From Dimorphilus gyrociliatus (Eukaryota; Animalia; Annelida), in the NCBI GenBank assembly GCA_904063045.1, contig CAJFCJ010000003.1:2714504-2778503 (forward strand): a stretch of DNA of 64,000 nt. The letters run 5' to 3'. A model generated the notes under the pieces. It was not told the origin of the DNA and did no database searches. It saw only the letters and a program-made list of their open reading frames with translations. Shown here piece by piece: positions 13,193 to 28,009 of this stretch. Within the stretch, counting starts at the first letter, position 1. Each line of letters starts with the position of its first letter. Both the position numbers and the translations under genes were made by a program.

Positions 13193-16100
13193 CTAGTATT
13201 CTCTCTTTCGACTTTTATCAATAAAATATTCGATAATTTTTTCCTTTCTCTTCTCCTCTTCAGCCATGCTTATATCCAGAACTAGTTTTTTCGGTTTTCT
13301 TAAGAAGCAATTGGCGAATAGTTGGGCTATTGAGAAAAAAAAGAGAAAAAAAATTAAAGATTGATCTTAATCTTCTGTTATAAATATTATAATTAATGTT
13401 CCTTAGAATGCTAAAGACGTGTAGCAAATATAAGAGCAATACATATAGATATAGATAGAAAGAGAATGAAAGGATGGACGAATGATAAAAAGGAAAAGGC
13501 ATATCGATCGATTTTCCTCACACACTGTGGATATTGTCGTTTATTTTCAACAGTAAAGTGGTTAAAAAAATTAATGGCAATTGTATCTGTAATAATTGCT
13601 TCTATTTCTCTAAGGAGAAGTTAAATTATTAATCTATGTATAGAGAATAAATAAATAAATAAATATCAAGCTTAGTTTATCTATATGACTTGCTTACTAA
13701 ACATTTTTTATATGTCAGTATAATTATTTATAAACGTGATATTAATATTGACAAAAGAATAAAAGAAAAGTTAAATAATCTTCCTCCTTTAGTCACACTC
13801 ACAAATAGAATAAAAGAAATAGGAATTAGCTTGGGTGACCAGCTAAAGAAAACTGTTTGAAACATCTAATAAAAGACTGTTAACGAATTATTTCGTCGGC
13901 TCCTTCGAGAATTTTCTCGTATTATCGTTATTAAATTTATTATAACCGAAGAAAAAAGGAAACTGTTGGAAGTAAACTGCTTGTCCCCTTAATCGGACGC
14001 CATATTGTTGAAAGAGAGTAAGAAGAGGAAATTCTTATTAAGTATTCCTATATTATTCCTTGAGGGATTTCTATTATTTTCGTGTGATAATTTTCCGTAT
14101 TACCGTGTACTACATGATTCAAATGATTTCTCGTTCAACGTTATAAAATAAGTAGAAAGCAACAAATTTTTCACGCCAAATCCCTAACTGGAATATATAG
14201 CTATACCCTAATCCTAAAAGAAACTGTTAAATAAAATATAATGATTAATATAACTATTACACTAGAAATATAAGCAAATTAATTAACTTTTTTTTTACTT
14301 TTTCCCTTTTTCCCTAACTTTATCAACATCCTCATTCATAATTCCTTATTATTATATAATATATGTATATATATACACTACATCTATACTACGCTACGGG
14401 GCCAGATATACCTTTGATAATACAAGGAGAAAATATGAAAGAATTTTTAATAAACTTACATAGTTCTTTAACAGTTGCACTATTCTTTTCAACCACCAAT
14501 GCTAGGAATTTGATAAGATATTGAAAAGTTGATTTGTTCGGTTCCCTCATATTGCTGATAACTTGTTTGAGTAGAGTAAATTGTTGATAACCTTGTATGA
14601 AATTACCGTAGCAGGATTCATCGATGATTGGATTGGGTAAGGATTCAAGGAAAACGAATAACATCGAAGATATTGCTTGAGGATCTTCCGTCTTGATATA
14701 ATCTATCAAAAAACAAACTTAATTTATGTTGATATATATTATTTATATATGTGCATAGATACTGTAGACTTTACACACAGCTATTAGGATGACATAGCAC
14801 ATGTTTTACAATATATTAAAATAGTATGCAGTACACATAACCAAAAGACTTTTATTCTTAAGTGTTACTAGAATCGTATATCCAGCCTTTAATGTATATA
14901 CTAATATATATATATATATATCTTGGTCTTCCTCCTCAATCTTTTCACGGAACCATACGAGATGGAATTGAAGTATTTAAAATAAATTTTGTATGTGAAA
15001 ACCATTGGGAATTTTAGCTTAGTCAGTTTACTTTTGTAAAGTAGCCGTTTATGAATATTTAGTAGGAATTCTAAAAACAGTTTTATAATATAAGAATGTG
15101 AACTTTATTAGTTAGAGATCATAAAAGTACCTTGTAAAGTGAATATGGAAAGAATATTAAATCACATGGTACCAGTTTTTACTCATTAATAGTTTATGAT
15201 CAATAGAAAGATTTATGGGAGCTGTAGAAAGTTACAACTTGTATACTTTAAGAATCTTATAAAAACATACCGCTATATAAACTTTTTTGTAATCTTCTCT
15301 GGAAAAGAGTCTTGTTAAAGGACCACTCTCAGTTATAAGTTCACATCGATTTAGGTTAAATTTAAAAAATCAATAAAGCAGGAAAACATGACAGGTCAAT
15401 GTCAAAGCTAATATTTCAATAAAAGTCCTATAGTTTAGACATTCCCTGAGTGCTAATTAGGTACAAGAAACGCTTTTTTTCCTTCATATTTTGAGTAATA
15501 TACTATATTGAAGAACATTCTTTCTTTTTCGTTTTTGGAGATGAAAAGAAATTACATTCTTTTCTCCTTTTTGTCAAAAGTTGTCTTATTAAAGAGACTT
15601 TTAATTACCCTCCAATTTATTACTCGTTCGCTAGAACTTAATAAGAAAAAGTTTTCTTTTTAACAGAAAAGAGCTCGATTTAATATCAAATCCGTATAAC
15701 TGATAATTAAAGCTAGCGCCTTTTCAATTAAATTTCTGGATTGGCGTCTAATGCTAGATACCATAGCATCGAAAAGAGATGGGACGTAGGCTGCTGATAC
15801 TTTTCAGCCAACATTAATAGACGCTTGACGCTTTTAGATCATTAACTTAAGCGGCCATCAGTGTTCTGGGCTTATTTCAGATTATACTCCCTGTTTATAT
15901 TGTCAATATTCCAAGTATTATTATACAATTATTTATAAAATTGCTCTCACAAAATATATGTTAAAATAAGACATAAAGACATAAATTACTATTTTATCTA
16001 CATTATTCTATCACAAAAAACGGGATATTCATTAGTTTACAGATAAAATCAGTTAATTAATTTTTCAATGATTATTACTAAACAGATGATAAATTTAAAA

Positions 16101-19100
16101 TATTGCTGCTATAGATTTGTTTGTTTGGCGGAAACTCTTTAAACTCTTATCTAGATCATCTCTTCGATTAATATAATCATATTTTACGGTCCTATAGCGA
16201 AAAATTTTCTCTTACCTAATAAGGGCTTATCGCATGTATCAATCGCCAAGCGAACATCCTGCATTCTTTTAGACGATGGTTCCTTTGGAAAGAGTCCCTG
16301 TTTAGAATACAAACATATAAAGATGTAGAAATATAAAATTATCAATGAAAAATTGATATAACTAATAATAGTAAATAACTATTAATCTTCGTTTCTTATT
16401 TATAATATCATACAAAAATATATTATAACAACTAGATTTATTCTATTTCCTCAATTCTCTACACTTCGAAACATCAGTATCAAATTCAACATTCATAAAA
16501 CGTCTAAAACCTCATGCTCTACTAAACTAGACAAGAAATCTAAAAAGGGCATTGGTATATAGCTATTATCTCATTAGTTTTTGAAGAAGGTTCAGTATTG
16601 CAAAGATATTTTTATTTTTGACTTCTCGACCCAAAGTATGTAAAGAATATTTTGCCAATAGTCATAAAATCTGAACCCCAATTGCCAAGTTTGGGCGATG
16701 AAGAGTCGAAATATGTTGGCTGCAAATGGGGACAATTAGCATATTCTCCCTCCCTCCCCCCAGCTCTGATGATAAAATTGCAGAATAAGTACACGAGTAT
16801 AATAAAAGTTGTTTAGGTTACAATTAAAGGTCAGCGTATATTAACAATTTTCCCAAATAGAAGAGAATATCACCATCAAGTGATTTTTTGATTAGGGAAC
16901 GATAATAAAATAAAAAAACGACTTTTACAATTTAATGTATACAGAAACATAAATAGTTTCCAAAAATGTATAGGACTAGTTGAGTGCTCAATGAAATTGT
17001 TCTTTCTTTGTTAATCATGTGCTACTATAAAGGAAAAATGTTTTTTCCATATATAGTGATCTAAATAAAAAATAATTTAAGGCTTCCCAGAAAAGAGGAA
17101 CAAAATTATAACGCTCTTCCATAATTGAATAAAAATATATATGAAATAGGAAAAGAACGAAAAGCGCGGAAGTAGATATAATTAATTTAATGATTATTAC
17201 TCCCAGGAAGGGAAGGTCAGAAGAAAAAATATTAAAGATAAATTGAAGAAGGAGGACCAAAGAAAATGGATGATAAAAAAAAGTAGGTCATGGATAATAA
17301 ATAAAAATTTTCTTTATATAAAATAAAAACAGAAAAAGTAAATTATGCAAATTAAAAGATAAGTAAATAGATAACATCGGAATATTTCTTTTTATGATAT
17401 CCAAAGGCATCAATAAAAGAAGGTTAAAACAAGATTTCTTCTAGTGAAATTTAAAATAAAAAATTAAAATAAAAAAAAAGATGGAGGTTAAAAAGAGGAA
17501 GAGGTGTTAGCATCCCATTAACGCAATCTCATCAAGCCCCATTCGATTTCGGCACTTTATTGCGTGGAGGCTCTAACGTAATTTCGCGTCCTCGCCTAAA
17601 CTATAAACTAGCCAGATATATACAACGATCGATTTACCTCATCCAACTGGTAACGGTCGAAAAAAGTAGAAAAAAAAATAGAGAAAATATCTAAAAAACA
17701 CCAGTTGAAAATGAAAAAAAGAACTGTGAAAGAAGATGACAGAGAGTAAATGTTATTTTACGAGGTTAGAATTCAACAAAGCAAAGAGATTGTTAGATAA
17801 AGGGACTCTTTACAAGAAATAGAAGATCAAACAGTAATGAAATAAAAGACTGTTTGAAGAAGAAAATGAAAACCGCAAATGAGTACAAAGTTTAAAAACT
17901 CACTTTCTGAGATAAGCATTTCGTTAAAGTGTCCACCATTAAGAAGATCTCCTTAGGAACGGGTATGATGAGCTGCTCGCTTTTCTGTTTGTAATATGTA
18001 CAACTTGAAAAAAAAGAGGACAAAAGGGTTAAGGGCAAATCGGCTTAGATAATCATCGGAGTATAAAGTGCAGTATTAATGAGCCAATAAAGGATAATAC
18101 AATATACTCCACTGAACAAACTAGTTAACTGTAATATTTAAGAGAGAGATTTTTATGCCTATTTGTATTATAATAAACAGTAATCAAAACAGGAGAATTT
18201 TACAGTAGTTTCTTATCATCTACTACCAGTTGTAAGCATTTATCATAAATTATTATCTATATAATAAACTATGCAATTTCTCTATATATTTTATATATCG
18301 TATAAATTTATATATATATTATATATCGATAAAATGTAAAAACTATCTCTTTGTTATAATTAAAAGAATATAGATTGAAATTACAAATAAAACTAATACC
18401 AACCAATTCTTTTAGCCTTTCACTCTCCAAAGCAACTGCTCTAAAATTCATTCTGCATAAAATGTCTAAGCTAAGACCAAATGCGGAAGGTGTTAATTCG
18501 CCTTTGACAGTTATGAACTTGTCAGATCCTTTGACCAAATCCAAAATTAATACCTCCTCCATATAAAACTTTCCATATTTTTCATAAAATTGCGTCATAT
18601 GATTATATCCGACATTTACAGATATTTCAATCTCTGTTTTCCGTCCTATTTTTTTTCATTTTATAGATAATAGTACATGGAAAAAGGATAAAATACTCTG
18701 AGTTGTTTAATTAATTACCTTTGGGAACATCTCCTGTTTTTGGATGGATACTGATCCAATCAGGACAACACTTTTTGCTTTCAAGATGATCTTTAAACTT
18801 ATAACTGAACGTTGATTGTCCGTCGTTGTGCAATGTTAAAGTTTCTTTGTACTCCTCTCCGACAACGAGAGTTGAAAAATCAATCTAGAAAAATGTATAA
18901 ACGGAAATATAAAGCTTTACTATTTTTAGTAGGTTTTTCGAGAATATCTTTAGATCTCTGATAATAAAGGGATCAATCTATTTATTGACTATTATACCAG
19001 TTTCATTGCAATTTATTTTTTATTTTAACTTATTACAGGAAGAAATCCGATCCTTTTTATCGAAATAATATAATTTGATAAGGACGATTGAATAATATCC

Positions 19101-22100
19101 TTTGACTTATAAAATCCATTGAAAATAGTTAATATAATAGTTTTGTGATCAACCTCTTATAGTTAAATTCCTTCATCGAAAATAGTCATAAGAGAATTTT
19201 TTTAATTGTTTTTTAGTTTTGATCCAGTATCAAAGGCACAGTGTAACCTTTATACATTGAAGTAAAAAGATATAAATATTACCTCTTGGCAGCTTAAAAT
19301 GCATTTTGGAAGCATTTCATTCTCTCTAAGATCTAATGTACTTTGAACATCTTTGTAAACTCTCTTATATGCCTTCTCGTCAATTTCGCTCACCTATAAG
19401 TGGGTCAAAAGAAGCTTCGATTAAAAATATATTAATGTAGGATTATTGAAGAGTGTTCCTTACTTCAGTTGAGGCTAAACAGGATACCGGCTTATGATCA
19501 CTCAACTTCAGGGCAGGATGGCTATTATAAGATAGAATATGCGTATTTATTTCTGCTATAGACTTGTATAATACTCTATCGCAGTAAGCTGGAATCCGAT
19601 TCTTTTCGCTTTTAAAAATATTTACGAATTAATAACTGTTAAATCTTTTGGTAAATTTTCACCTTGAGTCAAATCTATCAGTTCCGGGATCATATTTATA
19701 AGTTGGTGCAAAGCAAATTTCAGCTTCGTGAAAATCAGCAAATGCATTCCTTGCCTTTCTTTGTATGTATAGCTTTAAAGTTTAGAGGAAGAGAAAAAGG
19801 AAAAAGGGAGAAACAATTGAATTAAGCTTATCTCTATACGTTTATCTTTTCGTATTCTAGTCAAACCTGATCAGATTTCCTCAGTGTATCATATACATTT
19901 TCAGCATCAATATCAACCAACTCAACAACGTACTCGTAGCTCTCATTTATGCGATAATTTAAATCGCCCAGCCAAAATAATGTGCTAAAAATAAATGCAT
20001 AACAATTTCGTTAAAATTTTAAAGGAAACAAAAAGAAACAAGAAGAAGTGTCAAGAAAATTCTAGTCAGATTTGCTCTTAAGCTTCATTTATTTTATCTA
20101 GAAACTTGAATATTTAACTTTTCATTATATCAAACCTTGAATATTATTAATAATTCAATTTCTATTAATATAGGATATAATAATATATTTTTATTACACA
20201 ATATTCTAGAATTTAATGTCCCAGCGAAAATTCTGAGGTCCTATGGGTTTTTCTTTAAAATTGGAAACTTACTTGTAACTATCGATCAAAAGCGTTTCTG
20301 GATATTGCGAATCTTTAGTTGGCGGCAGTTCTAAACGTTTATAGATATATTGGAACTGTTTATTCCTTTCCTCAAAATATTCCTGATGAGCAGCCAAATG
20401 GCAATTAACAAAACATATACTCGTCTCATAGACTTTGCATCCAACTGCAACACCACCTTTATTTCCCTAAAAAAAAATAAAACACATTTATAGCCATTGT
20501 TAATTAGAGTATTAAGTAATTGACTATATTACCAATATTCCAGCTATACCAGTGGCGTAACTATGTTGTCTAACATCAGTTATTTTAGACATAAGTTTTT
20601 TATTTGCGTAAACTATTAGTAATATTCCAACAAGTTTTATTGATGAGACCATTTCAAATTTGATATTTTTTGTAACACGATTATTTTTGAAGAAATCTTC
20701 TATGTATTTCTTCCATTTACCTTCCTTTAATGGATCGTTTACGATATGAGCTGTAACATTTAAATTCAATTCTTGGAATCTGTAACAATAAATAAGATTG
20801 ATTAGTACAAATAGTTATTTCTTTTTTTCCTACATTATCAATTCTAGACATATCTTGTATGTAGAAAAGAAAAAAACATCTATATATTTTTTCTCGTGTC
20901 TCTCTCATATAAACAAACTGTATGGCAATCAGAGATCAGTGATCTTTAATCATACTTATTTTTACTGTAGGCCGATTATTCGCTTGATCTGTACAGGGTA
21001 AATCTTACCGGCCAATTTTTTGGATAATATCTTTCTCTTTTAATAATAATTTGCATATTATATTCTTTAAGGAGAAGGGGAGCTAAACGAGGAAACTTCT
21101 CTCAATAAATAAAAATACTAAGTTTCGCTTCTATTTCTTCTTTGACATTTGTTCAAATAGATTTAATAAAAGTTGTTATATTCATTGTTTTTTAAGTTGG
21201 ACGATATTCGCGAGTTTTTATAAATAAATTGTAAAAAGGAAAATAATCAAACCCAATAGCGTAAATATCAGCAGCTTCGTCCAGATGTAGCCAAGCATCA
21301 AGGGGATAAGTCTCTTCGTTCGGCAATTGACCGTTAACATTCCAAGTACCACAAAATACCCTAAAATCATTGGAATAAAAGAATCTTAAGAAATGGGTAA
21401 GAAAGGGAAACAAATTAAATACCTAATCCCGGATTTTGTAGTATATTCAGATTGTCTTTCTTTTATTAACGTTCTCTTTATTTTTTCTCTAACATCTCTT
21501 TCAGTAGAGTCAGTATCGCTGTTAAAGATATATATTCAAGTTACACATATATATATAAATAATACATACGAATGTATCATTGTAATAAGTAATATATGTC
21601 ATTTCATTAAAAATTAAATGAATAATACCCATAGAAAAACGAAGTCATATTATTCCGTATAGCTGATTTCTAGTAACACAATTAATTTACCAGCGAATAT
21701 TGCATGTTCTAAATTACACTTAGACGGAAATGACACAACTATATTGAAAAAATAGGCTTATAAATATATAATATCTACAAAAAGTGTAGGCCAAATTATT
21801 TTTTGAATTGGTAGTATCTGGTTGTAGAAAATATATATCCATACTATAGTATGTACTATGTAAGGCGTATTCAGAGTCATACGTGGCTAAAATACTTCAG
21901 GCCTTCAGTGTTCAAGGATATTTATTAACAAAAACATATATCTATGTCGTTCTCTACAGAGTGTCATCAACAACAATACAAAGAGAATTAAATATAATAA
22001 AGGAATCAACATCAAATAACAGAGAAGTATTTTACTGAAGATTTCTTATCAAATAATCTGTTAGTTCATCAAGGAATATACAAAAAAGATTTTTATCGTC

Positions 22101-22348
22101 ATTCTGTTACACGCTTAATGGATGAAGACAAAAAAGTTTGTAAATATATTCAAAACCGAGCTAAAGACAAAAGATAGAATAACCTATTATTTTGATGCTT
22201 TTAAGAATATTTCTTAAAGGAAAACTATTGATTTGCTTTGTGATAAAATAATTAGATCTATTTATTGTAGATTATTATAATTTCCAATAGCATGCCCTAT
22301 ATTTTAGCTTAAACTCACTAAGCTGCAAAGACAGATGTTGCTATTTGT

Positions 22349-22387
<39 letters not shown>

Positions 22388-23757
22388 GGTATTTGCTGCA
22401 TTTGCATGTATGATTAATTCAAATCGCTCTCTTTCTCTCAGTCTCCTTTACTCATACATGTACACATAAATATGATTACTTATAGACTCTTGTAAAATTT
22501 GTTACTCACCCAAAATGATCCATTTTAAACTTATCGTCATCTAACAGAGCGCTCTCTGCATGAATAAATATATAAAAATTGTAATTAAGCATAATAGAGT
22601 ATCAAAAAAAAAATCAATTATTATAGCACATAAAGAAGAATCGAATACTGAATAATATTTGAGAAATATTAATATATAGTAAGATCTTTGACTAACCATC
22701 ACCACCGTCACAATTAGGCCAAGCATCTTCAGTGCAAAGCTTTTCGGTTGCCTCAGCTAAAGCAAAATTGAAAATAAGCATGAAAATAGAATTGTAATTA
22801 AGGAAAATAGAAATATTAAGCGATGTTTTCAGAGAACAATAAAATTATTGACATGAAAGTGACACATCAACCGGAAAATTCCTTATGAAAATGATCATCA
22901 TGAATGTATAAAAGAGTTAATATCTTACTTGCAACTTCGAATTTATCCATTGGAAATATATTAATATAGCTATTCGTTATCCATTTACACTGTGCCTCTG
23001 AAATGTAGAGTAACAAAGAGAAATACTATCTATTCTACAACTCTTTTAATATTGTTAATACTGATCGTTTAGTTCTATTAGGCTTACTATTTTGAAATTC
23101 TCTTGCTTTTTTCAAATGATTGAAGAATGAATCGCTTAATGACTTTGGAATTTCCAGTATGCATTTATCATCGGAATTTGATAATTGGACGGAAACGTAA
23201 TCTTTCGGAGGTGACTTATTACCCATCCCTTGTAACAGTTTCTTTGTTGACCTCTTGTCAGCAGTATGCTCTGTAATACAGTATAGTTAATAGACGACAC
23301 ATTTTAGAGTATTTAGACCATGCATACTTACGAATATTTAGTGTAAATTGATCGTTTATTGCTATGGTATCGTCTAAATTTAAATTTGGTTCTTTTGGTG
23401 GCCTATTGCAGTCTTTATACAGAAATATTCTACAAGGAAGAGATATTGTTTTGTCTATAATCAATTCAAGAGCTTTCTTTAATAAAATAACCACAATAAT
23501 TAAATAAGCTAGATAATAGTTAATATTAATGACAGGATATATATTAATTATATATTATTAAGAAATTTATATCATACCCATATTCAAAATTGTTACCAGT
23601 TGTTGTTGGAAATCCGTTATAATCTTCAGAAACTGTATGCTTAACTAAAGCAACAACTTTTGTGGTCTTTTCTAATTCATTTATCATCATAACTGGACAT
23701 CGAATAGCCTGTAATAAATGGAATTAATATAATATATTGGCTTCAAATATTTTATCA

Positions 23758-23809
<52 letters not shown>

Positions 23810-23912
23810 TAATTAATTAACTAACCAAATCGCATAAGTCACCATCCTTGAGCAATTTTTGAACAGCAGAACTATCTCTTGCTTGAGTTGGAACATAAAA
23901 ACTAGATGCCAT
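13193..23912 (-). CDS. OCRL: Inositol polyphosphate 5-phosphatase OCRL/INPP5B orthologue (PH - 5-phosphatase - ASH - RhoGAP-like), multi-exon
   Basis: Spliced by eye. Start [15 protein letters not shown] at 23912; PH exons 23.0-23.7 kb. Phosphatase motifs: [12 protein letters not shown] (21.3 kb), [19 protein letters not shown] (19.95 kb), [36 protein letters not shown]/RhoGAP exons: [13 protein letters not shown] (18.45 kb), [12 protein letters not shown] (17.95 kb), [16 protein letters not shown] (16.25 kb), [13 protein letters not shown] (14702-14460). Terminal exon 13326-13193 ([12 protein letters not shown]...KREY*) is joined in the correct phase. Confidence 0.93.
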
Positions 23913-24903
23913 TTTTATGCTGATCACTTAAAATTGTAAAAGATATGTAAATATTTTTCCTCTTCTTCTGCTATATGCGTGTTTTTAGATAATTGTTTAA
24001 AGATCCTTTAATTTAATATAACCAATGTCTGCCAATTGTCATTCATAATCTAGTACGATTTTTTTTCTATTATGATTTTTATTTGAAATAAAAATTAACA
24101 AATTATTCAAGTATTTTTTTCCTTTTATTTAAATATATTTATTAAAACTTACTAAATGATTATTTTTGTTAAAGCTTTTTAAGAGAAAGAATTATCATGG
24201 AATGTTCAACAGAGTTGAGCGATAATATAATGCTTTGTGGATTAAACTGGTTCTCTTTTTACCGAAATTAATATTACTATCGGTTCTAAGCGACGTCTAT
24301 CGTGAGAAAGCGTCTAATATATAAAAAAAACTATAGTAATACATCCAGAACAAAAAAATCAATACTTAGACGTGTTTTATTTAGACAAGAAGTTGAACAC
24401 AACAAAACTTTTACTGTCACATGTAAACAAGGCATTAATGAATTGGATTCACAATTGTTTCAACATTTATTTAAACGCTTAAAAAACTGTGCATATTTTC
24501 ACTGTAGAATCAATTCTTTTTCTGCTTTTATTCATATAAAACATACAAAAGTATTGTTTATCGTTTTGATAACCAAAACTTGAACATTGTTTTCAACAAG
24601 TAAATACTTTGAATTTTTTCATACATATATATATATATATATATATGAAGGCACTGACAACATACTCAGAATAGATTTATCAATTAATAAATTATATAAA
24701 AATGTTTGAAAATAAACCTTCAATATCACTTTAGTTTTTGGTTTTTTCTTTAAAGTAAAAAGGAAAACAGAAAGGAAAAGACTTTTGGTAAAAAAAAAGT
24801 GTACCAAACCGAGACAAAAAGGAATAAAATAGGAAAAAGTAAAGACAGAATTTAAAGATACATTTTGCTCTTCTTTGTTTACCTAATTAGTATAAAATAA
24901 ACT

Positions 24904-27900
24904 TTATGAATTGTTTGCTATTTTAGAACCACATAAGATGACTTTATCAGCTGGTACATTAGCTTTTGTAAATAAGTCTAAAACGTTGATCCCTGGAAAG
25001 ATTGACCATAATAAATAGACATAGGCTTTACCCAAACTTTTCATTTTTCTTCCATTTAAGACAACATCAGCAAATATATCATCCGTATCCCAAGAAAGAT
25101 TATTACTTATTTTCTTCGACTTTCTTATTACGTACAATGATTCTAAACAGTTGGATTTATTGAAATCTTTCTTAACGCAAAAACGCATCGTATAGTGTGT
25201 GTTAGGAGAAGGTCTCATACTACAGACACCGAATATATCATCTTCATAACTCAAAGGAGATTCTAAGTCTTTTCTAATCATTTCAGAAATAGCATCTTGT
25301 TTATCGGATTGTTTTGGATAGAGGTTTATAGCATTTGGACGTCCTGTGGCTATTCTAATTTTGAAATATGGCATTCTTTTCAAACGAACAACAGCTTTCT
25401 GACAGCTCTCTAGCACATTGTAAACGATATTCTCAGTCTGCTTCGCTGGTGGTGTTTCTTCTGTGTCATTTTCAAATTTTTTTTCATTATTTTCCTTTTC
25501 TCCATCAACCTTCTCATTAGTTAAAATTTCTTTCTTAAGAGCTATTTGGGACGAATTTTGGACACTATATAATTTACCCTTACTTTTTTTTCTCTTGGTC
25601 TTGTTGCTATCATTATCATAAGTTGTCTTTAATTTTTTCCTATTAGAATTCTTCTTTTTACTTTTATCTACCTTAATAAAAACAGATGGATTTATAGCTT
25701 CATCCCAATTTTTGACAAAACTTTGAGATCTTTTACCTTTTCTCTTTTGATTTTTAAACTTATTCTTTTGATTAACCTCACTATCTGGCCTATTCTCACT
25801 AGAAATATCACTATTATTTATATGACTAAAACTACTTTTCTCAAACCTGATCTGATCTGTTTCTGACTTTTCTGGTGTTGTCGTCAAATGTAGCACATCA
25901 GAAGATTCTTCTGAACTTAATGGGCAAGCTTCTTCTTTAGAAGAATTTGGCTGTAACAAATTTTGCTCACTATTAAACAATTCGGGACCATTACTATCTA
26001 CAATTTCTTCGTAAATGACAATATCATCATAAACATGATCATGACAGTAATCCATCGGTATTTCTAAAGTAAATTTTTGAGTTTCGAAGTCATTTTCTTG
26101 TTCCTGAGAGACTATAGCTTGTTCAGAATCTTCTTCTGTTATACCGATCGATCTATCAACCAATACTGGATTTTCAACCTCTGTCATTTCAACAATATTG
26201 TCATTTTCGTCTTCAGAGTTTCTAGAATCTGATTTTTCTTTCGGCTCTGCTGTGCTGGCACTTTCAGGAACTGGAGATGTAGAAGAGCTCTGAGAACAAC
26301 TACTTGTATGACTTTTACTCTTCCTTCTACTCGTAGAAGTAGAAATAGGTTGACTTAGAGGAGTTGAAGTATTTAAAGGATATTCTTCGGAAAATGATCT
26401 CAATGGCATGAGAATATCGCTCTTAGTGAAATGTGGACGACATAACTCGACAGATCTACACCTGGTTCTTTTGCATGGTCGTTTGACAACAGTTTTCGGT
26501 GGAAAATTAAAGCGTGTTTGAATATTTTTAACGATAATATTAGTTTCTGATTCTTCTGAATCTCCTGAGTTCTGAAATAGAGAATTATCAATCTCCTGAC
26601 TAGTAAACAAGGAAGCATCATCGTTAACTCTTGTGCTTTGTTGAATTTGAGATGAATGCGTATCTTTATCAGATTCAATAACTATAGTATCTTCTGATTG
26701 TTGCACATCAGGTTTCAACCTCCCTACTTCATATTTAAATTCTACTTCATAATCTTGAATTTTTTCTTCAGCTATTATATCAGTATGAATATTCTCCTCG
26801 AAGGATTCGCTATTGTCGACATATCCTAGATCTGAATCCTTTGTTACATTTGTTACCTGCCAATTGTCATTAGTATTTAAACATGGTTGATCGTTTTTAG
26901 TCCTTTTGAATAGAAATTTTAAATCATTTGCTGAATTACAACTGCTTGTCCTTGTTCTCTGCGAGAAACAGCAAATTATAGGTAAATAACTCTGTATACA
27001 AATAACAATAGATTAGAATACAAACGGTATTTTCGTCATTCTGCTCTGTAGATTTTGTTCCAGTTCTTTCTTGAGACTGCTGTAAAAGTAAAAGTAAAAG
27101 TACGAATATATTAGTATACATACATATATGTAAACATATTCTGTAAATACGTATATAAGTTTTACCCGTCGTGTTTGTTGTTTCTTTTCATAACGTTTAA
27201 TAAGGTCAGTCAAGTGTATTACATTTAAAAGCGGTTCCCATGTATCGTCTTCCTTCCCATAGCCAGCCCACCTAATTAAATACTGAATTTCTCCCTACGC
27301 AATCAAAAGAATGAATTATTTCATGAACAACATATAGCCTACGACTTTTATCAGTGTATTTTTATAACTTGCTCTAGATAATATTTCTGTCTATTACTGT
27401 ACACTTGCTTTTAATTTAATAGACCCAACAACAATAAGCCAAACAATTAAAGAACAGATATATCTATATTTTAAAAGTCATCCATTATAAATTCAAAGGA
27501 ACAACACTTTTTTATTTATAATATAGAATTTAATATGTTAATAAATTACAGGTTTTGAATGCTATATATCCCTATAAAACATGAACTATCCGCCGCTAAT
27601 TTCTTTTATTATTCATATATTAGCTATAATTTTTAGCCGAGGAAAAGTAATAGACTATCTTTCTTTCTGAGAGGGTGCTGCTATTCTACATACTTTTAAA
27701 CGCTTTAAATAGTATGTAAAAGATAATTAATAGTTCATTAATTATACCTTTATCATCCGTCTGCCAACAATTTTTTGAACAGCATACAAACCGACTGGCT
27801 GCTCTTCTGCATCTTGAATATCTGTATCTGACTCCTCCGACCTGGGCGATAATAAAGTATTTAGCTAATGAACAGCAAATATAATATGCCAATAACAATT

Positions 27901-28009
27901 TTAGGACAATAAAGTAATTTTAACAATGTGTAACTACTGGCTTCCATCCTGTAAATATGCTGTTAAGCAGGATCAGTTTCTTAAAATTGACGATAGTATT
28001 GCGTCTCAT
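24904..28009 (-). CDS. Chromodomain protein (~780-800 aa): N-terminal chromodomain, long acidic/Ser-rich disordered region with basic NLS-like clusters, unrecognised ~170-aa C-terminal domain
   Basis: Exons 27864-27748 (..LYAVQKIVGRRMIK) and 27294-27166 (GEIQYLIRWAGYGKEDDTWEPLLNV..LIKRYE) form a canonical chromodomain, both phase 0. A short exon near 27.03-27.08 kb is followed by a large terminal exon ~26960-24904 that contains the 604-aa ORF. The start codon at 28009 is tentative. Confidence 0.82.

Noticed and set aside
24302-24807. ORFs between OCRL and the chromodomain gene
   Set aside because: Composition fits 3' UTR or promoter DNA; no splice-supported link to either gene.
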